The notes under the pieces are model-generated. The model was not told where the DNA came from. It ran no database searches and saw nothing but the letters and a program-made list of their open reading frames with translations. Position numbers and translations under genes: made by a program. Shown one piece after another: positions 1 to 12,095 of a stretch of 64,000 nt of DNA (positions are counted from its first letter, which is position 1; every line of letters starts with the position of its first letter). The DNA comes from Chrysomallon squamiferum (lineage: Eukaryota; Animalia; Mollusca): NCBI GenBank assembly GCA_012295275.1, contig CM022672.1, positions 5,890,001 through 5,954,000 of the forward strand, given 5' to 3'.

Positions 1-722
1 AGCAGCTGGTGAGAACAGATCATATTTTGTTGTTAATTTTATCAAACTTCTAGCCTACATAACTTTTAATGTATCTACCTGTCTACTTACCTGTCTGCCT
101 ACCTAAACCATCCACCTAGTTACCTTCCTAATAACTATTTCTGTACCTATTTTATTTACTTAACTATCTACCCAACTATATTCCTATATAACTAATTAAC
201 TACCATCCTGTCTTCTTATGTATTTACCTATCTACCTCTCTACCAACCTACCTACTGTACAAACTGCTAGTATGTTGAAATGTTTATTATTATTTATTAA
301 TTGTTTATCATTGTAGGTAAAGACAAAAGCTCTGGTTCTGGCTGACATGAATGCATTTTTACAAAGACGACAAGAAGAAGATGAAAACCTGAAGAATGAG
401 ATTGACAATGTAATAGATGACATTAAAAAGTAATGTATTAATTAATTTACTTTATTTTTATAACAAACAAATTTCAATTTTGTAATATAAAGTTTGCTAA
501 CTGAAGTCAGTAAATATTGAAAAGATTTGTTAAATATGTTTTTATGTAGAAAAATAATTTTGTACTAACTACATTGCCTGAACTTTTGCTGTTGTTATTG
601 TTAGTATATCATTATTACCATCATCATCATCATTATAAAAACAAATGATTATTATTATTTATCATCATCAATATCATGACAATATATTTTTCTTCTTCTT
701 CTGCTTATTATTATCATAATTC

Positions 723-756
<34 letters not shown>

Positions 757-3684
757 GTTATTGTCATTGTCATTGTTATTGTTGTTGTTATTATTATCAC
801 TGTTGTTCTTATTGTTATTGTTTTTGTTGTTGTTGTTGTTGTTGTTATTATTATAATTTTAGGTTGAAAGATGACAAACAACGTTTTATTCTCAATCTGG
901 AGGTGCAGCTGCTGTTAAAACAAGGTCAGGTGGAGATTGACATGACAAAGTTTGTTCCAAACTACACAAACAGTGTTCTCCTGCACAGATCAGTCGTAGA
1001 GGAACTCAATGGAACCATCAAGGTAAACTGCCAGAATTCAGATATAAATAATAAGACTAACTAAATAGTTTTGCTTAAAATAAATAAATAGATGTGAATG
1101 TCAATATAAAAATATAAATATAAATAATAAAGCTGTATAAATGAAAAAAAAAACGTTAGCCAAAACAATTTCTGTTGTTTATTTTTATAGACATTATTTT
1201 AAATATACCTTAAATATCTGAACATGATTAAATGATTGATTATTAAGACTGATTGGTCATTGTATTGCGAAAATATATATTTTTAAAAACTTGGGTTTAT
1301 TTGAATGCACTGTGTAGTTACGTCACTACAATCTCTCCTTCTTGGTAAACATTTCCTAACTGGATAGGTTTCACACATACTTGAAGATGTTTGTTTGTTT
1401 TTGTGTATAGTTTGTAATATTATTATAACTGCTGGTTTATAATAAATTTGTAAATATTTTCAGCAACTTGGAGAAAGTAAAATTACCAGCATGGTGGAAA
1501 GCAAGGATTTCAGGAAAGGCATTATACAGCTGGAATGGTGAGTATGTTAAATAAACGAGTAACATTTTCATTATTGTAGTTTAAAGGTTTATTTCTAATT
1601 TCTTTATTCCTATTTTTTTTTAAATTTATTTTGTCTCATTACTGAAGGTTTTTTTTAAAGATTTATTTCTAATTTCTTTTTTCTTTCTTTTTAAAAAATT
1701 TATTTAGGTTATATTTTGTTTCACACATTGTCACAGCTCATGACTCGGATGTGCTAAATCAGAAAATCAATCTTCCTTAGTGTGTCATTTGGCAGTTTTT
1801 AGCTTATAGTTAAATATGTGTGATGACTGAAAATGTTAATAATAAAAATTAACAAATTACGTTGTCATTAAATGTTCATTATATTTGTGTAATTAATTAG
1901 CAGCAAGGTCTAGTTACAGTAGTCAGTTGGTATAGTGGATCAAAGGATCTGATCTCCTTAGAGCACGTATTGGGTTATTTACAATTGCAGCCAGCACTGA
2001 TTCACAGAATTAACTTAATTTTATGTCTTTTGCTGACAGTTTAACAGTAGCATTATATCAGTACAGGTACACAGCATCAAATTTATCAAGTATTATCAGT
2101 TTTCATGTCTTTTCAAAAATGAATTTTTTTATTATTATAAAAATAAAAATGATAATAAAAAATATTTCTTCTATTTTCTTGAACAGCACAGGGGTTCCAG
2201 GTAATAACGTGATTGTAAATTAAAATAATTTCTTTCTGAAAAGATAATATAATTGAAAATGTTTCTGTTGTTTTACAGGGAACACAAGAGAATGTTAATG
2301 CAAGTGACTGACCTTCAAAACAAGATGAAGGACATTCAGTTTATGAAAGTAACAAGAGAAATTCAGGCTGTAAGTAACAAAAAATCTATTTTTTGTAAAA
2401 ATGTTTGGGGTTTAGGCATTTAAATCATGCCCACTGAACTGTGAACTGTAATTTTAAGATGATAAGAGCCTAATGACAATGCTCTTTATAGTCTAAGTTA
2501 GAAGATTGTAGTCTGATAAATCTGCCTCAAAATTTGTTACATCCATTATCATTTTAAATTAGACATTTCTGTACAAAGAACTTATTTTTTGTTTCATCAC
2601 AGAATAACCATTAAAACATCATTTCAGTTGGAAAGCTAAGTAAATAAGTGTTTAATAATTTACTTCTGTATGAGCTGTTAAACATATTTTAAGTCAGTTC
2701 ATTGCCTTTATCTGTCTGTTTCAAATATATAACTATTACAAAGCAGTATTTCTGTGAATAAAAAAATAAGGTATTGAAACTTGAAATATGCCATGTATTA
2801 TTAAAATATATACATTTATTGGGTTTATGTGATGTATTCCAGTTTCTCAATGAGGAAGACTATGACTTGAAGAAAACTCAGGAGGTGACAACTTTGGAGA
2901 ACACCATCATGATGTTAAAGAAACACCATGAAAAAAATGTAGAGGAGAAAAAGAAACAATTAAAAGAACTGAATAGATCAGCCAGTCAAAGATATTTGAA
3001 CAATTCTGAATTGTCCAATGACCTGCAGGATCTCAATGTGTCTGTGAATGAAAGGCTTCACATTGATGAAGTGAATGGTAAGTTACACCGTGTAATCTAT
3101 TTTTTTTTTTAATAAATGAAAATAGCTGTGATTATGATATTAAAAGTAGTAGCAGTAGTTCCAATATCAAAAATAAATGAGATGGTTTGTTAGTGTATTT
3201 ATGTAATATTGTTTAAGCATTTAAATATTACATATAAAGAATGGATTGTTTAATTGCAATTAGGAATCACAATGAAGATTTTTACTGAGGATAACTGTAT
3301 TATTATTAATGACAGTAGCAGTGGTAGTAGGGCTTTAGTGGTGATAGCAATACTAGTAGTAGTACTACATAGAAATATGATCTAGCGTGTAGTAATAGTA
3401 GCAATAGCAGTAGTAGTAGTTGTAGTAACATATATAGTAGTAGTTGGACTGTTTCTGACTATAAATAATAAAACAAAGCATTAACTAATGATATTGTTTA
3501 CAATTATTTTCTAGCCGAGAGACGTTTGGACACGGGGGCAGAAAAGAGATATCAGGAGATTGTGCAGAGGAGAAAGCTGGTTGACCTGGCTAAGGCCCAG
3601 GCACAGGAAGTGGCAGTTTTGCGAGCCGAGGTGGAGCGACTTCGAATGAGAACCTTCCCCGCTCTCGTACAAGTGGAGCACTGA
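1..3684 (+). CDS. CFAP43: CFAP43 (WDR96), 3' portion; coding exons 1-8 (partial), 317-429, 863-1022, 1464-1537, 2279-2369, 2843-3077, 3515-3684
   Basis: All introns are GT-AG with compatible phases. The spliced coiled-coil protein contains NLEVQLLLKQGQVEID and ESKDFRKGIIQLEWEHKRM and ends EVAVLRAEVERLRMRTFPALVQVEH*, which I recognise as the CFAP43 C-terminus. Confidence 0.9.
317..429 (+). CDS. CFAP43: CFAP43 exon (VKTKALVLADMNAFLQRRQEEDENLKNEIDNVIDDIK)
   Basis: ttgtag| acceptor and |gtaatg donor; open frame, phase 0 to 2. Confidence 0.85.
863..1022 (+). CDS. CFAP43: CFAP43 exon (LKDDKQRFILNLEVQLLLKQGQVEID...ELNGTIK)
   Basis: ttttag| acceptor and |gtaaac donor; phase matches previous exon. 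Confidence 0.9.
1464..1537 (+). CDS. CFAP43: CFAP43 exon (QLGESKITSMVESKDFRKGIIQLEW)
   Basis: tttcag| acceptor and |gtgagt donor. Confidence 0.9.
1900..2005 (+). mobile_element. Possible SINE 5' relic
   Basis: ggatctgatctcc...attgggttattt...gcagccagcac resembles the head/body junction of the same SINE family; very degenerate. Confidence 0.3.
2279..2369 (+). CDS. CFAP43: CFAP43 exon (EHKRMLMQVTDLQNKMKDIQFMKVTREIQA)
   Basis: ttacag| acceptor and |gtaagt donor. Confidence 0.9.
2843..3077 (+). CDS. CFAP43: CFAP43 exon (FLNEEDYDLKK...NVSVNERLHIDEVN)
   Basis: ttccag| acceptor and |gtaagt donor; lies within ORF 2774..3112. Confidence 0.9.
3515..3684 (+). CDS. CFAP43: CFAP43 last coding exon
   Basis: ttctag| acceptor; encodes RYQEIVQRRKLVDLAKAQAQEVAVLRAEVERLRMRTFPALVQVEH with TGA at 3682-3684. 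Confidence 0.92.
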
Positions 3685-5549
3685 AGCGGGCTTGTGATTT
3701 TCAGCCCACCAGATTCTTATATATTTTTATTTGCTGATAACTAATCCATTGCCAATATATTTTCTAAATGCTATATAGGACAGTGTTATAGCATTTAAGT
3801 TTTCAAATGTTTGAAACAAATTACTTGAACTATAATTTTTTTAATAAGAAGAAGTTTCTCCCATACAATATCATACAGTATTAAATGTTTCTTTGTTTTC
3901 AAGCTAACATGAAATATATTTAATATTTTAGTGTTTAAAATTGCTAGGGATATAATAAAATTGTTGTTTTTCTTTCCCTGAATAAATCAAAGGAATAAAA
4001 TTATATAATTATAGAAAAATCTTCCAAAAATGATGTAAAATTTAGAAATGATTAAATTCAATATATTACAAAATTTATTATTATTATTAAACTGTATTTA
4101 AAGTTCATTATTTAAAAATAGAAGTGATAATTATATTTAAAAATTTTTCTTTTTTCATCAACACATTGCAAGATCTATCGAATTTATCACAATCCGTCCA
4201 GAGTACTGACATTTTTATCTTTGCATATTTTAAATATATATTTATTCTTCAGTTTAGTTTCTATTTATGTACATTCCAAGTATTTGTGAATCTAAACATT
4301 TGTGGTATTGATTACAATTCTGTTTCACTTTACATTTGTCATGTTTTATGTTTTTGTTTTGTTAAGTCATTACTAGAACTGATTAATGTTAATTTATGAT
4401 GTCAACATAGCATGGAAATGTATAAATTTTGAATTTAATATATATATATTTACCAAAGCCAAAATTAATTTACTGGATAATGGAATTATATTAACCAAAA
4501 AGATTTAACTTAGAAAACACTTACAAACAATACAAATTAAACATGAGGCTTCTTTTTCTCTGGCTTTGCTTAAATGAATGTTTACACTTCAGTCAATGTT
4601 ATGTCTAATGTTTGTTCGTTTTTGTAAGTTATATCATTTTGATATAAGAATATATAAACTTTAGCTGTTTACAGAAAAATGGTTTATAAAAATATTAAAG
4701 AAAGTGCTAGTGAGTGCTATTTTGATAAACAAAAAAGAAAAGATAATACCATAGGTTAATATGTTAATTTCCATTTTCAATATTACCTTTTTCAGTTTGT
4801 ACCTTTTCTATCTTGTATACTTTGAGTTGACTAGCATTTTGATGACACCATATGCAAAACATGAATAAATGTTCCATAATTAATTTTTGAAAATATAAAT
4901 ATAAATATATATTGAAATTGAAATAAATAAATATATATAAAAAATTTAAAAAAATTAATAAATAAATAAAATTAAAGTCTATGAAAAATACTTTTCAGCA
5001 AATTTTTATCAAAAAATTATGTGCCAGGCACCTAAAAATCCTACATATGCAAATATATTTAAATATTCATATTTTTGAAACTCGTTTCACTACCTGCAGC
5101 AATAAACCAAAATAGTCTGGTTATATAATACTTTATTCCACTGAAAAAATAAACATAAAATGTTTTAGGTTTTAGATCAAACACTGTCGGAAATGGACGG
5201 ATTCAGAATTTTGAGGTATACTGAAAGGAAATTTAAGTCAGGTCATTTGAATGGGGAAAAAAAAATCAAACAACCAAAATAACAACAACAACAAAAAGGA
5301 CAAAAATAAAAAACACAACAAAAACCTTCCCCAAAAACCCCTCACCACCAAAAAAGAACAAAGAAGAACAACCCCTCCAAAAACAAAACAAATAAAAACA
5401 ATAAATTAAAAATATGAATGGATTTCTGTTTTGGACATAAATTACAGTAAATCTAATTTATTAGAAATCATTTTCTGGAAACAAAACACAGATTTGCATA
5501 GAAACAAATATATGGGGAAAGAAAATGAAATGTGCACATGAAATAATAA

Positions 5550-5591
<42 letters not shown>

Positions 5592-5703
5592 CCTATACAA
5601 AGAATGAGTGGGTTACATTTTTAACTTTCATGCTTGAAATTATTAAATAAAATACTGGAATATTAGGTCCATTGAATTAAGTAATGAAAATAAATAGAAC
5701 ACA

Positions 5704-5743
<40 letters not shown>

Positions 5744-6009
5744 AAAAGAAATTAAATATATAAATAATACCTGTGTCTCCTAAAAAAAAAAAAAAAAAAA
5801 AAAAAACACACCCCAAAACTCTCCCCCTTCAAAAAAAAGCCCCATTCCTTCCCTAAAAAAAAAGCACAAACAAATGTACAAACAACAACACAAATGTTCT
5901 ACAATATTTATCCCAGTGGAATAATTATTTAAGATTTATAAAGGTAATAAACCTACATGCACTAACACTTCTACATTTTTCAGCATTAAAAATTAATAAT
6001 AATAATAAT

Positions 6010-6046
<37 letters not shown>

Positions 6047-6095
6047 CACGAAAAAGTTTTGACAAAAAAAAAATTTTGGAAAATAATGAAAAATG

Positions 6096-6127
<32 letters not shown>

Positions 6128-6461
6128 AAAAATAAAAATAAAAATAATAATAACAAATAAAATAAAATAATAACAGAATTATTAAATTAAAAATAAATGA
6201 ATAAAAATTAGTTAGCAAATGTTTTACACGAAAAAACCGACAAAAACGAAAAACTGAAACTAATTGGTGCTTGATAATGTCATTCTATAAGAACACAAAA
6301 ATATTTAATATCATTTATAGTTCCAAAGCTAAAGCAATTTTATTACCGCTGCATTATATAAATCATTGAAATGAATAATCAAAGAAGGGAAAGAGAGAAC
6401 ACGACTAACATGCTTCGGTTGGTTCGTAGGTGGGCGACCTCTACTGGATTGTCTCCCTTCG

Positions 6462-6602
6462 TCAGGGAGCCTCATCCGGCAGCAGGCTCTCATACCTGCA
6501 GTTGGTGAGATGGGCATTGTAGCCGGAGTACCACAGATCACAGGCAGCCACGTTGTTGTCGTAGGAAATTTCAGACACTAACAGAGATGGGTTTACTGCC
6601 AA
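6462..6602 (-). CDS. LOXL: LOXL coding exon 9 ([46 protein letters not shown])
   Basis: tttcag| acceptor; VNP...V.E..Y.NN...C LOX C-terminal motif; stop at 6464-6462. Confidence 0.88.
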   Translation of the reverse strand: MAVNPSLLVSEISYDNNVAACDLWYSGYNAHLTNCRYESLLPDEAP

Positions 6603-8824
6603 CTGAAAATGTAATGAAATTAAATAACAGTTTTGTTAAACTTCGTTCATTTGCTACATAATAATTAGATTTTTATTCCACCGCGTTTGTCGTCTCTTCT
6701 GCTATAGTCATTTATTAAATATTTAATAATGAATTGCTGTTATATCTACATGATGCTGTATGAATTGTGGACGAAATATTTGAAAGCTGGATGTTATTTT
6801 ATCGCCAGTATTATTTAATAAATATAAAATTCATGAATTGGCTTGACGTTCAGCTGTCAACAGGGTTTTAGGCAACAAAGCTAATGACGAAAGAGAAGTA
6901 GTCAACAGCAATTTATTCTTATGCTGCTAAAACCTACCTTGAAAGTGTACTCTCCAGGTTTGATGTCGGTAATATCTATCCACTGACAGTCAATGTCATT
7001 GAGATAGTCATCAGAACAGTTCACCGAAAGACCTGAAATATATTGTTAATGTCAGTTCACCAACAGAGCTGAAATGTTTTGTTAATGTCAGTTTACAAAA
7101 GAGCTGAAATACAGTGTTAATGTTGGTTTTTTGACGGAGATGAAATGTATTGTTAATATCAGTTCGCCAACATCTAATATATATATATTGCTAATGACAA
7201 TTCTCCGTCAGAACTGAAATGCATTGTTAATGTCAGTTCACCTACAGAGGTGAAATTTATTCTTATTACCAATTCACCGACAACCTCAAACAATTCAGTT
7301 ATTGGTATAACACCTGAGTGTTTACTAATATTTGTTAATGTTATGTATAATATTTTTATATAAAGCTGAAACCTGCTATCATCTCCATATGTACCATATT
7401 CATCACTCAGTAGATAAGAATATAAGATGCACCTTCCCATAAACCAGAAAAACGTACCCCACAGCTCGTGAAAAACCAGTCTTAGACCATTGAGTGGAAC
7501 GAGAAATGGCACAGAGAGAAGTATTGTTTCTGCTACTTACAATGCCCCAGACCACCGCTACCCGTGTCTGTGAAGCAGAACTCTTGATAAATGATAGCAA
7601 TTCTACATTTTCTGAATGCTATATCACTGAGTGCACTAGCTTGTTAAAAATAATTTTTTAATTTTTCGTAATGTACATTTTATAAGTATGGCATAACGTG
7701 TTAAACTGATGAGAAAAAGAAGAAATATCGCACATCCCAAGTTATGTTGGAATTATTTCAAATTAGAAATTCAGACCAATGAATATTAAAGTGATTACTA
7801 TTTGCAACCTCTTACCAAGACAATAATTATTCATATTCTTTTTTTCGGTATTATTACCACTAACAAAATTATTGTGGAAACTGGCATGGAAATGTTTCGA
7901 CTTGGCCAGGTGTTTTTTTTTTTTTTTTTTTTTACCTTGATCTCTGAAACCTTTGCAGTTGTATTTTGGTGCAATCCCTGGTCTGCAAGTGGAATCCTCC
8001 AGACAGAAGCTTGCCTTGTTACCTTCAGCCAAGCCGTTTCCGTTAGAGTCTATGAGATCATAGTGAGCGAATACCTCCATACTGTGATAATGTCTAAAAC
8101 AAACAAAAAAAAAAATCATGAGAGAGCAAATATATCAATTATGTGTATAAACACGCATTCTGAATACAGCTTTTACTCATTTACCTGTTTTGAAATAAAC
8201 CGTACACAAAAAGCAAATATTAAAGCATCTTAAATACGACAAATATTACGATCAATATATTAAAAAATAATAATAATGATGATGATGATGATGATGATGA
8301 TAATAATAATAATAATAATAATCATAATCGTAATCATAATAATAATAATTTGTAAAATAAACTTTGCTATATATTTATTTATTTAATGTATATTTAATTT
8401 TTCACTACAATTTTAACATGTTTTACATGTAGCAAAGGGAGCTTTTGTATTTATAATTCATAGATAGGGGGCAAAAAAAAAACCCCCCAAAAAACACATG
8501 ACAAAAATATATATGGAAAAAACGCCACCAACAAGAAAAAAAAAGCAAAGAACAAAAACGAAACAACAAAAAAACAACAACAAAAAACAAACACTCACAA
8601 CAAAAATAACATACAACAGCAACAAAAACAACGAAAAACAAACAAACAAAGAAAACAAATGGACCTCTGACTAAACGAGGCACAGGTTCTCACGGGAAAT
8701 AGCTTAAGGAACGTGTAGGGAAGACCGATTCCTTTGGACCTAATAGGCACCAGGTGTTCACATTTAATCACTGTACCACTGCTTGCTAATTATGATGCTA
8801 GCGTAACATATATATAGTCACTAA

Positions 8825-8863
<39 letters not shown>

Positions 8864-9586
8864 TAATAAATCACTTACTGGTGACAGCTGTGCCACTGCC
8901 ACTGTGTTTTGGAGAGGAAAGGTCGGAAGTCGGCGGTTCCCACATTATGAACAACTGAAGAGAACTTGAGCAGTCGTCTGCTGGCTGATCGCCATGCTGT
9001 TAAAACATAAATAAAATGACGTAGAGAAGAGATGTCGCTGCTGTTGGTATCTACCTCTGCTGATCTGTTACTACTCCTATTACGACTCCTACTGTTGTTA
9101 CTTCTACTACCACTACTGCTGTTACTTCTACTACCACCACTGCTGCTGCTACTACTATTACTGCAACTGCTACCCTCCTGTTATGACTACTGTTGTGTAT
9201 TGAATACTGGTACAAATACTACTACTGATATTATTATTGCTACCGAAGAAATGCAAATGATGTATCATCATCATATTTATAAATACGTAGGCCTGGGTCC
9301 AGTGATGTATAAAACTAATGGTATTGTTATTTCTAATTACGTAGGCCGAATTTGACGTACAAAATACCTATGATATTTTGAATTACTTATGTTTAGGGTT
9401 GATTACATATAAAATACTTACAGTCACTGGTATTTCTAATTACGTAAGCTGAGGAAGACAGGCAGTTTTCTTCCATGGAACAGAGCAAGTAGTACAAATG
9501 GCGGTCTTGTAGTAAAATGGACTGTCTCAGAATCTCAAGATCGGGTTGCAAATCAGGCAGTTCTGAAATTGGAATGTAGTATTTCT

Positions 9587-9635
<49 letters not shown>

Positions 9636-9799
9636 TAATAAAAACCGAAACCAAATGAAAATGATTAAGAACAGCAAAACTCTTTAAACAAATGAACAAA
9701 TAAAATAAATAATTAAAATTGAAAAAAAATTAAATAAATATCTAAACAAAGAAGAAAAGAAAAAAAAAAAAGAAAAAGAAATCTGACTTTGCCGAAAGA

Positions 9800-9857
<58 letters not shown>

Positions 9858-12006
9858 TACCAGAACTACAGACAACGCCAGCAACAAGGATTCTTTTAGG
9901 ACAACTAAGTGCGTGATCTGATCGTATTTTCACGCACTGGTCTAGATGGGTCTCTCTACCCGTACAAGATATGCGTCTGAAAATTTTATTCTGGTCTTCA
10001 CCACCGAAGTAATTGGCCTGTCAAATAAATTAATGAGTGAACAGTTAAACATACGAACAGTCCACAAAATAAACAAACTCATGGAAGACAAAAACAAAAC
10101 ACTTAATATATATAAGAATAAAAGAAGAAATATGTTAATAAACAAAATAAGCAAACGAAAAATAAAATAAGTAAATAATACGGATTTAAAATAATATTTC
10201 TAAAACGAGGACGATCATCGAGAATAATAACAATGATAACAATAATAATGTTAACACTAATAATGAAAACAGTAACAACAACAACAATAACTACAATAAT
10301 TAAAAACACCAATAACAACAACAACAACAACAAACAAAACATCAACAACAACAACAACAACATAAATAAATTCACCCTCAGCGCCTGTTTTCCAAAGTCG
10401 CCTGTCAGCTGTCTGCACGCCACCCTGGCTTCCCTCAGAGTCCAGTCTTCACTGCAGATCACCCCCCACTCCTCGTCCGGCCCTTCCCTCACCTCCAGTC
10501 GTCCCTCCCACGGGTACCTCCCTCCAGCGATACGAACTTCTAGCGTCTGAAATAAATAAATAAATGAATGAAAGAAAGAATGAATGAATGAATAAATAAA
10601 GAAAAACCAGTAAATAAATATAAAGAAATAAAGAAATAAATAAACAAATGAAAGAATGAATGAATGAATGAATAAATAAATAAAGAAATATGTTATAAAA
10701 AGGAAGAATGTAATAAACGAAATATCTGAATTAAAGTTTGCTGGATCATTATCACAAAGACAATAATAAAAAAAATTAACCACCACCACAAAAACAACAA
10801 CAACGGCAACAACAACCACACTCCATAGAACGGCTCTTACTAACAGTACTACCAATAATATTATTACGTCTACTGTTTTTAACTATCATAATTATGATCC
10901 ATAAATTCTAACACTCGCTACTACTGCTACTGCTTCTGCTTCTGCAATGACGATAACAATATTAATGACGTAATGATGACGAAATCAGTTATTTGTGTGC
11001 TGCTAATGACAACTGTAATCTTACGCGTTTTACGAACGTGTTGGGGTCATCGCCCTGTAACATGTATTCGTCGTCTGTCTTGTCGGTCATCACATCCAAC
11101 ACAGATTCCTTTTCATTCTGTGTGTCTTGGGGGACACTCTCTTCGTTTTCCTCCCATTGTTCTTTCGTGTCAGATTCTGTAGTCGCTGTTGGTGACGCTG
11201 TTGATGCACGTCTTGTCGAAGTCGTTGTTGCAGTCGTTGTGGATGGATGCCGTCTCGAAGTCGTCGTGGCTTCTGGAGGCTGTTCTGTAGCTGGTGCATC
11301 TGTTGAAGTGATTCGAGTTCTGGTTGATTTTGGCGATACAAATGTTGTTCTCTGCGTGCTGTCCTCTTTTGGGTCGACCTTGACCTGGCAAACAACGCCT
11401 GCAGAACGGTCTTGACGGCGGCATTTACGATTTATCTGTCCCCCGTCTAAAAACGCACACTGTTCCAGACTTGTTTCTTCTCCAGAGCAGTCCAAATTAG
11501 ATAACCATATTCGTCCTAAAATAATAATAATAATAATAACAATAACAATAATAATAACAATTGTAACACAAATTAAAAATAAAATATGATTTTATATATA
11601 TATATATATGTATATGTAAAACATCCCCATAGGAATTATGATTTCACAACAACAACAACTACTACTATTAAAACAACAACTACTATCACTATTAAACCAA
11701 CAACTACTCCTACTACTAAAACAGTAACAACAGCAACCACTACTACTAACGAAACAAGGTCCTTACATCAGAAGTGCTAAATAATAAACACATACGCGAG
11801 TACCTGTTTTTATTTATTTTGCAAACTGTGCAGATTTCTTATGGACATGACGTTTTTAAGTGAAGTAAGTTATAAATCTGATATCTTTGAAACTGTGAGA
11901 GCCTCAGTAGGTAGACAACCAAAAACAAAAATCAAAATAAAATATAACACTACATACAATTATACACATTTTAAAAAGTATACATGAGATAACCCTTCTT
12001 TTCTTT

Positions 12007-12095
<89 letters not shown>

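Noticed and set aside
10973-11424. Alternative-frame and antisense ORFs over LOXL exon 2
   Set aside because: By-products of the Thr-rich, GC-richer coding linker.
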